A stretch of DNA of 64,000 nt from Rebecca billardiae RCC1528 (GCA_965240325.2 OZ251233.1:372001-436000); one strand, 5' to 3'; positions 48,701 through 60,387 are shown, numbered from the stretch's first letter. Notes: generated from the sequence alone by a model not told the origin. Program-made: numbers and translations.

Positions 48701-51700
48701 CCCGCGGATGCGGAGCTGGCCGGTATGGCGGACGACTTGCAGCAGCAGGCGGCTCGCATCCAGGCAGCAGCGCGCGGGCGGCAGACGCGGCGAGCACTCG
48801 CGGACGGCGCGGCCGACGCGGCCGCCGCGCCCGCGGATGCGGAGCTGGCCGGTATGGCGGACGACTTGCAGCAGCAGGCGGCTCGCATCCAAGCAGCAGC
48901 GCGCGGGCGGCAGACGCGGCGAGCACTCGCCGGCGAAGCCGACAACGCGGCTGACGCGGCCGCCGCGCCCGCGGATGCGGAGCTGGCCGGTATGGCGGAC
49001 GACTTGCAGCAGCAGGCGGCTCGCATCCAGGCAGCAGCGCGCGGGCGGCAGACGCGGCGAGCACTCGCGGACGGTGCTGACGACGCGGCCGACGCGGCCG
49101 ACGCGCCCGCGGATGCGGAGCTTGCCGGTATGGCGGACGACTTGCAGCAGCAGGCGGCTCGCATCCAAGCAGCAGCGCGCGGGCGGCAGACGCGGCGAGC
49201 ACTCGCCGGCGAAGCCGACAACGCGGCTGACGCGGCCGCCGCGCCCGCGGATGCGGAGCTGGCCGGTATGGCGGACGACTTGCAGCAGCAGGCGGCTCGC
49301 ATCCAAGCAGCAGCGCGCGGGCGGCAGACGCGGCGAGCACTCGCCGGCGGTGCTGACGACGCGGCTGACGCAGCCGCCGCGCCCGCGGATGCGGAGCTGG
49401 CCGGTATGGCGGACGACTTGCAGCAGCAGGCGGCTCGCATCCAAGCAGCAGTGCGCGGGCGGCAGACGCGGCGAGCACTCGCCGACGGTTCTGACGACGC
49501 GGCCGCCGCGCCCGCGGATGCGGAGCTGGCCGGTATGGCGGACGACTTGCAGCAGCAAGCGGCTCGCATCCAAGCAGCAGCGCGCGGGCGGCAGACGCGG
49601 CGAGCACTCGCCGGCGGTGCTGACGACGCGGCTGACGCAGCCGCCGCGCCCGCGGATGCGGAGCTTGCCGGTATGGCGGACGACTTGCAGCAGCAGGCGG
49701 CTCGCATCCAAGCAGCAGCGCGCGGGCGGCAGACGCGGCGAGCACTCGCCGACGGTTCTGACGACGCGGCCGCCGCGCCCGCGGATGCGGAGCTGGCCGG
49801 TATGGCGGACGACTTGCAGCAGCAAGCGGCTCGCATCCAAGCAGCAGCGCGCGGGCGGCAGACGCGGCGAGCACTCGCCGGCGGTGCTGACGACGCGGCT
49901 GACGCAGCCGCCGCGCCCGCGGATGCGGAGCTTGCCGGTATGGCGGACGACTTGCAGCAGCAGGCGGCTCGCATCCAAGCAGCAGCGCGCGGGCGGCAGA
50001 CGCGGCGAGCACTCGCCGGCGGTGCTGACGACGCGGCTGACGCAGCCGCCGCGCCCGCGGATGCGGAGCTGGCCGGTATGGCGGACGACTTGCAGCAGCA
50101 AGCGGCTCGCATCCAAGCAGCAGCGCGCGGGCGGCAGACGCGGCGAGCACTCGCCGGCGGTGCTGACGACGCGGCTGACGCAGCCGCCGCGCCCGCGGAT
50201 GCGGAGCTTGCCGGTATGGCGGACGACTTGCAGCAGCAGGCGGCTCGCATCCAAGCAGCAGCGCGCGGGCGGCAGACGCGGCGAGCACTCGCCGGCGGTG
50301 CTGACGACGCGGCTGACGCAGCCGCCGCGCCCGCGGATGCGGAGCTGGCCGGTATGGCGGACGACTTGCAGCAGCAGGCGGCTCGCATCCAAGCAGCAGT
50401 GCGCGGGCGGCAGACGCGGCGAGCACTCGCCGACGGTTCTGACGACGCGGCCGCCGCGCCCGCGGATGCGGAGCTGGCCGGTATGGCGGACGACTTGCAG
50501 CAGCAAGCGGCTCGCATCCAAGCAGCAGCGCGCGGGCGGCAGACGCGGCGAGCACTCGCCGGCGGTGCTGACGACGCGGCTGACGCAGCCGCCGCGCCCG
50601 CGGATGCGGAGCTTGCCGGTATGGCGGACGACTTGCAGCAGCAGGCGGCTCGCATCCAAGCAGCAGCGCGCGGGCGGCAGACGCGGCGAGCACTCGCCGA
50701 CGGTTCTGACGACGCGGCCGCCGCGCCCGCGGATGCGGAGCTGGCCGGTATGGCGGACGACTTGCAGCAGCAAGCGGCTCGCATCCAAGCAGCAGCGCGC
50801 GGGCGGCAGACGCGGCGAGCACTCGCCGGCGGTGCTGACGACGCGGCTGACGCAGCCGCCGCGCCCGCGGATGCGGAGCTTGCCGGTATGGCGGACGACT
50901 TGCAGCAGCAGGCGGCTCGCATCCAAGCAGCAGCGCGCGGGCGGCAGACGCGGCGAGCACTCGCCGGCGGTGCTGACGACGCGGCTGACGCAGCCGCCGC
51001 GCCCGCGGATGCGGAGCTGGCCGGTATGGCGGACGACTTGCAGCAGCAAGCGGCTCGCATCCAAGCAGCAGCGCGCGGGCGGCAGACGCGGCGAGCACTC
51101 GCCGGCGGTGCTGACGACGCGGCTGACGCAGCCGCCGCGCCCGCGGATGCGGAGCTTGCCGGTATGGCGGACGACTTGCAGCAGCAGGCGGCTCGCATCC
51201 AAGCAGCAGCGCGCGGGCGGCAGACGCGGCGAGCACTCGCCGGCGGTGCTGACGACGCGGCTGACGCAGCCGCCGCGCCCGCGGATGCGGAGCTGGCCGG
51301 TATGGCGGACGACTTGCAGCAGCAGGCGGCTCGCATCCAAGCAGCAGTGCGCGGGCGGCAGACGCGGCGAGCACTCGCCGACGGTTCTGACGACGCGGCC
51401 GCCGCGCCCGCGGATGCGGAGCTGGCCGGTATGGCGGACGACTTGCAGCAGCAAGCGGCTCGCATCCAAGCAGCAGCGCGCGGGCGGCAGACGCGGCGAG
51501 CACTCGCCGGCGGTGCTGACGACGCGGCTGACGCAGCCGCCGCGCCCGCGGATGCGGAGCTGGCCGGTATGGCGGACGACTTGCAGCAGCAGGCGGCTCG
51601 CATCCAAGCAGCAGCGCGCGGGCGGCAGACGCGGCGAGCACTCGCCGGCGGTGCTGACGACGCGGCTGACGCAGCCGCCGCGCCCGCGGATGCGGAGCTG

Positions 51701-53512
51701 GCCGGTATGGCGGACGACTTGCAGCAGCAGGCGGCTCGCATCCAAGCAGCAGCGCGCGGGCGGCAGACGCGGCGAGCACTCGCCGGCGGTGCTGACGACG
51801 CGGCTGACGCAGCCGCCGCGCCCGCGGATGCGGAGCTGGCCGGTATGGCGGACGACTTGCAGCAGCAGGCGGCTCGCATCCAAGCAGCAGCGCGCGGGCG
51901 GCAGACGCGGCGAGCACTCGCCGGCGGTGCTGACGACGCGGCTGACGCAGCCGCCGCGCCCGCGGATGCGGAGCTGGCCGGTATGGCGGACGACTTGCAG
52001 CAGCAGGCGGCTCGCATCCAGGCAGCAGCGCGCGGGCGGCAGACGCGGCGAGCACTCGCCGACGGTTCTGACGACGCGGCCGCCGCGCCCGCGGATGCGG
52101 AGCTGGCCGGTATGGCGGACGACTTGCAGCAGCAGGCGGCTCGCATCCAAGCAGCAGCGCGCGGGCGGCAGACGCGGCGAGCACTCGCCGGCGGTGCTGA
52201 CGACGCGGCTGACGCAGCCGCCGCGCCCGCGGATGCGGAGCTGGCCGGTATGGCGGACGACTTGCAGCAGCAGGCGGCTCGCATCCAAGCAGCAGCGCGC
52301 GGGCGGCAGACGCGGCGAGCACTCGCCGGCGGTGCTGACGACGCGGCTGACGCAGCCGCCGCGCCCGCGGATGCGGAGCTGGCCGGTATGGCGGACGACT
52401 TGCAGCAGCAGGCGGCTCGCATCCAGGCAGCAGCGCGCGGGCGGCAGACGCGGCGAGCACTCGCCGACGGTGCTGACGACGCGGCCGCCGCGCCCGCGGA
52501 TGCGGAGCTGGCCGGTATGGCGGACGACTTGCAGCAGCAGGCGGCTCGCATCCAGGCAGCAGCGCGCGGGCGGCAGACGCGGCGAGCACTCGCCGGCGGT
52601 GCTGACGACGCGGCTGACGCAGCCGCCGCGCCTGCGGATGCGGAGCTGGCCGGTATGGCGGACGACTTGCAGCAGCAGGCGGCTCGCATCCAAGCAGCAG
52701 CGCGCGGGCGGCAGACGCGGCGAGCGCTCATGGGCCCCGGTGGTTCTGCTGCGGCTTCAGCACTGGGCGAGGAGGGCATTCGTTCTCCTGTTTTTGCAGC
52801 CGCCGCTGCGCCTGCCGTGCTCTCGGCGCCAGTGGATCTGTCCCTCGCGCTGGACTCAGCGCCCTCAGCAGACCCTCCGCCGGCGGTACCAGCCCCTGCC
52901 GCATCAGAGTCTACCCACGCGGATGCGCTCGAGGCTTCGCACTCGTCGCATGAGCACGCGGCTGGTGATGGAGGTGATGCGCCAGCGGAAGCTTCCGCTG
53001 ATGGTGGCATTGCTGGGCCTCCCGCGCACTCGGATCCGGTCGAGGCAGGCCCAGCTACGGCTGCCCCTGCGCCTGCAGGCTCGCCCGCCCACGAGGTGAC
53101 AGCGCTGGCTGAGGGCGGAGCAGCACACGCCCCCGAGGCGGCCCACGTCTCGGCATCCGCCACGCCAGCTGCTGCGGGTGACGCGGCGGAGGAGGGAGCA
53201 GGTAACTTCGAGAAGGTGCCGCCGCCACTACCTGTCTCTGCTGCTGCAGTTGACGGCAGTGCGGGCTTGGCCGAGCCCGCGCATGCAGACGATGCAGGCG
53301 CGGGCATCGCCCCCGAATCACCGCGACTCGCGCCACCTGCGGCTGCTGAGCACGGGGGAGTGTCGCCACAGCAGGCAGGCGATGGCAGCGGCGGCATCAC
53401 ATCGCCGCGAGGCGGCGCAGTTGCTGCCCCTGTGATGTTTGGAGACGAGCACCACGCTGGCATCGTGGACTCGAATGTCGATGGCAGCAGCCAAGGCCAG
53501 TCCCCCAGCTAG
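39709..53512 (+). CDS. Giant (~4,549 aa) IQ-motif array protein, 2 exons
   Basis: ATG at 39709; intron 41066-41219 joins it to the 4468-aa track frame. Contains 58 tandem AARIQAA(A/V)RGRQTRR motifs plus one divergent IQ (YIQAHARGMVDRR). Confidence 0.85.
44905..52730 (+). repeat. Coding tandem array of 129/138-bp units (58 IQ repeats) with higher-order structure
   Basis: First repeat ATG at 44942, last at 52655: 17x129 + 40x138 = 7713 bp. A Val variant recurs at 49451, 50399 and 51347 (948-bp period). Confidence 0.97.
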
Positions 53513-53690
53513 GGGCGGCGGATGATCGGCGTCAATATTTATAAGTGATACCAGGCCGCCCGGCGATGCATCATCACGTTGGCGCCGCAGCTAAGACAAT
53601 CACATTTTCATCAGCATCATATATATATATATATGCGCATGGTACATATTCAGCGCCGGTCGCCTGGCGCAGCGTGATTGGATCAGTCGG

Positions 53691-56600
53691 TCACATCGCG
53701 GGAGTCACCCTGCGTCCGATGAGGCGGTCGGCGGGAGTCGCATGCAAGCTCAGTACGGGTTGGACGGGAGACGAGTCATCTCGCGACGACTGCTGGCCCT
53801 GAGTGCTGGCTCGGGGCGGCGAGGCAGGCGTCGACGATGATGAGCGTGAAGAGCAGCTGCCGTCACTCGGGGCATCGTCGGGCAGGAAGAACATCGATGT
53901 CGTGCGCGGGCGGAAGCGCACGGTGTCATCCTCGCCGTGGTAGTCCTGCAGCGCGACGGCATCGAGGGTGTGGACACGCCGCCGGTGGCCGCTCGCATTC
54001 TGGCTCGGCCCGCGCACTTGGCGCGCGAGGACAGCCGTCACGCGCTGCCGCTGCTCGTCGGGCCCTTCGTCCTCGTCAGCGGCGGTAGACGGTGCAGCGG
54101 AGCCCTCGCCGCAATGAAGTGACTGCGACCTCCGCTTTGCCCGACCGCCGACGAGCCTTGGCGCGGACATGGATGGGGCGAGGTCCTGCACGCGCGCCTC
54201 AGCCTCGGCGGCAGCCGCGTCGCCGAGCGCGGCCGCCGACGGCTGCATGAAGCTCTCGAGCACCCGGACCACGCCTTTCACGCCCTTCTCGTCCTTGTCC
54301 AGGCTCAGGTCGAGGCCGGCGCTCTCAAACTCGTCGCGCTCTGGGCAGCCGACCGGGTCGCCCGTCATGCCGATGATCATGCCGGTGAAGCCGGCCTCGC
54401 GCAGCTTGCGAGTCGCGACTGTTCCGCTCATGTGAGGCATCTGCGCCCGCCGCGAAGGGGTGTGCACGCGATGGCAGCGGGCACAAGAGGCACAGTGAGC
54501 GGCAAGAGCGCTGGCGCCCCCTCGCCCGCGCCCGCCCGCCCGCGCCTGCCGCCTCCCTGCGCGCGCGCGCGCGCGCACCTGGTTGTCCATCACGATCACA
54601 TCGTACTGCGGCCCGTTCTGGAGGAGAACCTTCTCCACCGCCTCGGCGCCATGCCACGCGCAGTCGTACTCGGCGCCGAGGCGCTCGAAGACGCGGCGGG
54701 GGAAGGTGCGGTGCAGGATGCGGTCGTCGTCCACGTAGAGGCAGCGGAACGAGGGTGGAAACTCGAAGCCCTCGAGCTCGGGCCGGCGCTTTGGCCCCTT
54801 GGTGGGGCGAGCCAGGCCGGGCGCGTCGGTGGGCTGCGGCTGAGCCGTTAGAGCAGCAGTAGCCGCCGCCGTCGCCGCCACCGGCTGCAGTGAATGCTCA
54901 GCTTTGGCAGTCGACGCCGAGGGTGCTGCTGGCGGCTTCCGCGCGCTGGAGTGGTCGCTGCTCGCGAAGTCTTGCTGCTGCGCGCTCTCGCAGATGCCAC
55001 GCCGATCCTCGGACGGTGTCGCGCTCAGGCGGCTCACCGCGAGTCGAGTGTGCAGCGTGGGCGTCGACTTGCCGCTCGAACTGCGGCCCGAAGCCACCGC
55101 GGCCTGATCCGCAAGCCACAAGTTGAGCCGCAGTTCGAAGGTGGTGCCCTGCCCCGGGCCAGCCGAGTCGAGATGCAGCGCGGAGTCGTCGTGCAGCTGG
55201 AGCAGCTGGCGCGTGATGCTCAGCCCAAGCCCCGTGCCCCCGTTGCCCTCCATCTGCCCCTTGCCCACCTGCGAGAAGGGCTCGCCCTTGCGCAGCTGCT
55301 CGAGCTCGTCCGCGCCCAAGCCGATGCCGTTGTCCTTGATGGCGATCACGACGGTCCGCATCTCGGGCATCGCCGCGGGATGGCGCGCGCACGGGCCACT
55401 CGAATCGTTGTCGGCCTGGAGTGGACGGAGCTGGCCTCGCTTGCCCTCCGTGCGCGCGCTGAGCGTGATGGTGCCCCCGCTCTTTGTGAACTTGAGCTGC
55501 GCGCGGGACAGAGGCGTGCGCTTGTCGAGTCAGTGGGGGGAAAGCGCAAGACGCCTCCGCACGTGCGCGCGTGCGCACCGCGGGGCGGGGCGCGGCAGCG
55601 CGGAGGCACAACGCAGCGGCGGGGCAGCGTGGATTGCGCGCGCGCGGCGCGCACCGCGTTCGAGAGGCCGTTGTTCATGCACTGCTGCAGCCGGCGTGCG
55701 TCCGCGATGAAGGGCGTGTTGGCGAGCTCGTGCGTGATCGGCGCGTGGTGGATCGCCACGCCCTTGGCCTCGGCGAGGCCCTTGAACGTCGTGCTGACGG
55801 CGTCGATCAGATGCGATATGATGAACGGCACGGGCACGAGCACCAGCCGGCCGCTGTCAATCCGCTCAAAGTCGAGCATGTCCGAGACGATGTGCTGCAT
55901 GAGCGTGGACATCTTGCCCATCGTCGCCACCAGGTCGATCACCACGGAGCTGCCGACCGGCATGGACGCGTCCAGCTCGTCGAGCATGGAGACGACGTTC
56001 GAGACGGCGAGCAGCGGCGTGCGAAGATCGTGCATCACCATACGGATGAGACGGCTGCGAGCCTGCTTGCCCGCCCGACTCGCCTCGAGCTGCAGCCGCT
56101 GCGCTGCCTCGACTCTCTCGAGCCCTTGTGCGGTTCTCATCGCGCTGCTCGCATCAGCAGAGACACGTGCGGCGGTGTGCTCAAAGTGAAAGTTCGAGCG
56201 GTGGGAGACGACGAGCGAGAGCCTACCCATGAGCATCGCCAGTACAACGAGCACGAAGATGGCGGTTGTCTCGACCGCCTGGCGCACTCCGTATACGGCG
56301 AGCTCGTCGCCTGGCGCGGCCTTGGCCATCGCGAGCGCACGCCGGAGGTTGAGCGCCGCGAGAATGCCCTGCTGGAGCACCAAGTACGCGCTCAGGGTGC
56401 ACGCAGCGACCGCCTGCAGCGGGAGGAACATGGCGGCAAAGGCGGGGATCACGATCAGGTGCGCCGTCGCCCCTCGAAACGCAAACCACCGGGTGGGCGA
56501 CCCAGCATCATCATCGAGCTGGGGTTGGGCGAGCAGCGTCGCGGTCCCGGGCGCCAGGGCAAACGCGGCCAGAACTGCGAGTCCAACGAGTGAGGCAGTC

Positions 56601-57049
56601 GTGAGCACGTCGATGCTGGCAACGGTGAAACTGTGTGCGCTCTGCACCGCAGCGCCGAGAGCCACCAAGCCGAGGGAGACGAGCACGGCGAGCACACCCA
56701 ACCAGCACGTCGTATTGGCGGCGACGGCCTCGTTGGCAACGAAGTTCATCATGGTAAACTCCGCAGCGGTCACCACCGCGAAGAAGAGGGCGAAGAGGAC
56801 ACCGGATAGCATCAGGCGTCGTGCGTACAGTGCACGCAGCTCTGTGCTGTATGCGCGCTCGTCCTGCTCATCGGCAAAGCTGAGCGTGCGCGTGAACTTG
56901 GGCGCGGGCACATCGAACGTCGGGAGCGTGTCTGGCATGGACTGCTTGGTACTCGACGACGAGGTGCTGGCATCAGGAGTGTGAGCGGCGCCGACGGCGC
57001 ACTCGACGTCACATAGTTGGCCTTGCGGATGCACCTCCGCCGAGCGCAT
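53691..57049 (-). CDS. Membrane-bound hybrid histidine kinase (TM sensor-HisKA-HATPase-receiver), 3 exons
   Basis: H-box MHDLRTPL; N-box NNGLSNA|LKFT; G1 DNGIG; G2 GGTGLGL; receiver CLYVDDD...VMDNQ|MPHMSG...MTG...K. Introns 55497-55654 and 54441-54578. Confidence 0.93.
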
Positions 57050-57364
57050 GCCCAGAAGCCGTCGGAGCGTGCCGTTCGCGAGCTGGTCGAGGAAGGTGCG
57101 AAGGTCTGCACCGGGACGTGGGGTGTCGCGAAATTCTCAGGCCTTCGATGGAGAACCGCACGCGTGGGTGGAGAATGCATCGCCGAGTCACGGGGAGTCG
57201 GTAATACCGATTCACACATTCAAACTACCCCCCGTAGGTACAGTATTCAATAGGCACCCAAACGTTTGATAAGTGTAAATGGGGGAATCATAGTATATAT
57301 ATGGCGTGATTCTTCGGATCATTCTCCATTGAATATGATCGACGTTAACCAACATGATTGCTGG

Positions 57365-57471
57365 TGGGTGAGGGTGGTGGTTGGTTGGGGGCTGGCCAGG
57401 GTAGGGCTGGAGGCTTCGGCCGCCAGCCTGATCACCCGGAGCCCGTTATAAAGGGGAATTTAAAAAAAAAA
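57365..57471 (+). mobile_element. 5'-truncated non-LTR retroelement 3' end with poly(A)
   Basis: Matches 11345-11446 and ends in A10. Confidence 0.7.
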
Positions 57472-57580
57472 CATTACCCCTCTACCCAGTAGTACCCCAG
57501 GGCCATCAAGGGCCCTTGGGGCCATATCCCTACCCGACGATTTTACCCGAGCCAGCCTGGCGAGCGGTGGGGACTACTGT

Positions 57581-57611
57581 GCTGTGTGCGTCTCTTATTC
57601 TTAGTAAACTG
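57581..57611 (-). mobile_element. Tc1/pogo-like terminal fragment, copy 2
   Basis: gctgtgtgcgtctcttattcttagtaaactg|TA. Confidence 0.55.
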
Positions 57612-58658
57612 TATCATAGTCATCCTGCTGAGCAAACGGGCTGGTCAAGTTTTGACGATGTTGAGAATCATCTAGCTATCGGGATTCTCCTCCGACTGTG
57701 ATTCCCTACTTTAACTTCTCATGCATGCGTATCGCAACCGACCGTGGCGCCACTTGGTCGCCTCGGACTGACCCCCTCGGTCGGACTACCGACTGCCCGT
57801 CAGCCCGTGCTCGGACGGGCCTGAGCCCGAGGCCCGGCAGAGGCCGCTGAGAGGCAAGACGACCGGAGCGCGCGACGAGTCGTTGGCTGTCAGAGTCAGT
57901 GACGAACCCGGTGGCAGGTTGGCGTGGTCACACGCCGGGCCGCGGTCACGCCTCCGACGATTCACGGGCTCAGGGAGTCAGGCATCGTCAGGCATCGCGC
58001 CCGATCGCGGCCTGCCGGAATAAAGTATAAGCTATCAGTCACGAAGTCTGAGTCATCCGAAGGCTCAGAGCCAGTTACAGGCGTCAGCCTCAGACACAGG
58101 CGTCAGACCTAGGTGGCCGGTGCCCGGGTGGCCGGTGCGGCCGCAAGCGGCCGACCGGTGCCACACGACTGCGCTTAATTCTGCTCGCGGTCGGTCGAAG
58201 ACCAGTTGTAGCGCCAGGACCCACTATGCTGAGACTGGTACACTCACAGCCAGCCAGCCCACAGCCTGCTGAGGGGGTAAACTTCCATCCCTGCCAGGCC
58301 AGCCTGCCTGCCATCGTGGACCGTGGTGACTAACAGTCCAGCACCACCTCGCTGCACCTGTCAGGCAATTGCGCACCTGCACTCATTGACTCAATTTCTC
58401 TGACTGCGAGTCAGCCCACACACCTGCCTAGCTCATACCCACCTGGTCTGTAAGGGCGATACGCAGTGTCTGGGCTGGGGTACAGCCAAACACAACTCAC
58501 AAGTACTGTAGGTTATTGCCAATTGTTCAGAGGGGGCTGTACATAGCCATATATATAGGACTGATAGGAGGGCGACAGGCGCAGTCATGATGCAGTTTAC
58601 TATGTTTTGACGTGTGATTGACGCCATCCAACACTGCACAAAGACACCGGTAGCTAAC

Positions 58659-58812
58659 GCCGGTCTGTGGCCGAGTGGGAGTACTGGCGTGCTCTTGCGT
58701 CTGAGGTCGTGGGTTCAAAACCAGTTTCCAGGTCTCTCTTCGGAGAGCGTGCGATGAAGGATGGCGCGGCAACCTGCCACCGTGAGCCTTACGCACGTTA
58801 AAACAAATAAAC
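58659..58812 (+). mobile_element. tRNA-derived SINE-like element or Pol III ncRNA
   Basis: A box TGGCCGAGTGG (58668-58678), B box GGTTCAAAACC (58712-58722), C(UUCG)G hairpin at 58734-58747, long stem cgtgcg...cgcacg, A-rich tail. No intact cloverleaf. Confidence 0.6.
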
Positions 58813-59101
58813 TGTACTACTTATTATTATTGTCGGCCATTACCATTCCTAGGCAGATCAGTGCTGACTGACTCGGCTAGTATTCATCAAATATGTCATC
58901 ATCAGAGTCATGACGTCAGTCGCCGACAAGAGCGGGTTAGGATGACAGACAGACTGAGACTCTGTGGCAATCGTGATCGTCCGCCGTTGCCACGATGAAC
59001 CTGCTGCAAGTCTTCGCTCGTCAGTCTGTCAGTCTGGTCGGGACGACAGCGTCATAGTTAGTTCACCATATGTTCACCCAAAGACTCAACTACAGTAGAC
59101 T

Positions 59102-59644
59102 CTAGAGTGAGCAGAGTGAGGCCATGGTTTCTGACATGCTGTCGGTCAGAGGCGCGAGCTCATTGCCATCGGCGATAGCGCGCCGGCGGACTGTTGGGAA
59201 CTCCGCACGACGTATGTGCTCCAGCCGACGCTCGAGATCCGTCAGCCTGTCTTCCCACTGCTGGTGATACGCAGGCACGTCCGCCGGGTCAGTACATACC
59301 AGCGGACCGACGCCGAGGGGATGCTTGTGAGCAAACGCGTCTTCGAGGTCGATGAGCCGCCTGTCTTTCAGAGTGTACTCCTTCCGAAGAGCTTCCCCAC
59401 TCATCGCCCATCCATTGCACTGGCTGAAGATTTGGTGAAACAGCTTGTTCACGCGCCGGAGAGCCAACACCGCCGCCAAGTCAAAGGCCTCGTCCTCCGC
59501 CTCCTTAGTATCGCAAGGCTCGTAGCGGAGCATCACAGTCCACAGCGCTTGGCATAGGTCCTCTCGGTGCTGAAATGGCGCCTCGGGCTCTGCGGTAGGA
59601 GGGCTGGCGACGCTGAGATCGGCGAGCTTTCGCGACACGTCCAT
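59102..59644 (-). CDS. Hypothetical protein with a weak F-box-like segment
   Basis: 180-aa intronless ORF with natural composition; LAAVLALRRVNKLF resembles the end of an F-box. Confidence 0.55.
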   Translation of the reverse strand: MDVSRKLADLSVASPPTAEPEAPFQHREDLCQALWTVMLRYEPCDTKEAEDEAFDLAAVLALRRVNKLFHQIFSQCNGWAMSGEALRKEYTLKDRRLIDLEDAFAHKHPLGVGPLVCTDPADVPAYHQQWEDRLTDLERRLEHIRRAEFPTVRRRAIADGNELAPLTDSMSETMASLCSL

Positions 59645-59886
59645 GCTCGTCGCGGGGAGGAGGTTGAGCGGCGAAATGCGCTTTCAGCGATGACAGCAGC
59701 GTGCGTGTTCAACACGCGCAAAGTGCTTGCACTGCAGGTGAACGAACGGAAGCGCAGAGGTTCAGTCCTGTACATCTGTCCGGATGTTCATCGCCTTGCG
59801 CAATTGATGGGCTTTGGTTGATTGAGACGGCAAAGGAATCAAGGGACGGCCTGGAGACGGCCCCGTTCCCGCCCTTTTCGTCCGAC

Positions 59887-60387
59887 ATGCTGCTGCGTAC
59901 TCTCGCGCCCCTCTGCGTCTCCTCGCGCCTCTCGAGGTGCCGCACAACTGCTCCACGCGCGTACCTCGCAGTGGAGGCGTGCAGCAAGGCGCGTTTCAAG
60001 CAGCTCATGCCCGAAGCCTCGGCTTTCCTCAACTCCATCCCGCCGTGGGGCTCCCCGGACACAAGGCACATTGCTTGGTACGAAAGCGAGAATGGAGCAG
60101 GGCTGGTGGTCGAGGCGTCGCACGACGAGCTCAAGTACTACTGGATGGTGCTGGGCAAGCCCAAGCAGTTTCCAATCATGTCCTGGGCCGAGAGCGAGGA
60201 CGGCGAGCGCCGGCTTAGCGCGGAGGTGGGCGACTGCGGCGAGGACGAGGAGCGCGCCCACAGGCTCGTGCAGGAGCGGCTGAGTGCGTACGAGCGCACC
60301 GGGCTGCCGCATGTGGACTTCCATCCCGGCGCGCTGGTTCAGGTAAGGCAGGTGCTTGTGGAGCCACCACGAACGTCGCCACAATAG
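59887..60387 (+). CDS. Hypothetical protein with an organelle-transit-like N-terminus
   Basis: MLLRTLAPLCVSSRLSRCR... followed by globular-looking sequence. A possible GTAAG donor near 60343 leaves the 3' end uncertain. Confidence 0.55.
   Translation: MLLRTLAPLCVSSRLSRCRTTAPRAYLAVEACSKARFKQLMPEASAFLNSIPPWGSPDTRHIAWYESENGAGLVVEASHDELKYYWMVLGKPKQFPIMSWAESEDGERRLSAEVGDCGEDEERAHRLVQERLSAYERTGLPHVDFHPGALVQVRQVLVEPPRTSPQ

Noticed and set aside
44905-52730. CRISPR-like repeat/spacer appearance
   Set aside because: Linkers are near-identical rather than unique spacers, the array is in-frame coding, and there are no cas genes in this eukaryotic context.
43332-53463. Four other 2,800-3,100-aa ORFs overlapping the IQ array
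   Set aside because: Shadow frames: a GC-rich repeat unit lacking stops stays open in several frames. Only the IQ frame gives a recognisable motif and synonymous-type variation.
28615-57049. Bacterial origin or contamination suggested by MMUT, histidine kinase and bestrophin
   Set aside because: MMUT and the kinase contain host-style spliceosomal introns, and MMUT has a mitochondrial-type presequence.
57581-57611. Nextera/Tn5 adapter contamination
   Set aside because: Shares only GTCTCTTAT with the mosaic end; three diverged genomic copies indicate a native repeat.
6100-57611. A single 51-kb composite transposon bounded by inward-facing Tc1-like ends
   Set aside because: TA flanks are uninformative, a third end exists, and the interval holds ordinary housekeeping genes.
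58659-58730. Functional tRNA or tRNA-Sec gene
   Set aside because: A and B boxes are present, but there is no acceptor stem or proper anticodon arm.
58748-58797. SECIS element
   Set aside because: ATGA...TGA stem is suggestive, but no same-strand upstream gene with an in-frame TGA is nearby.
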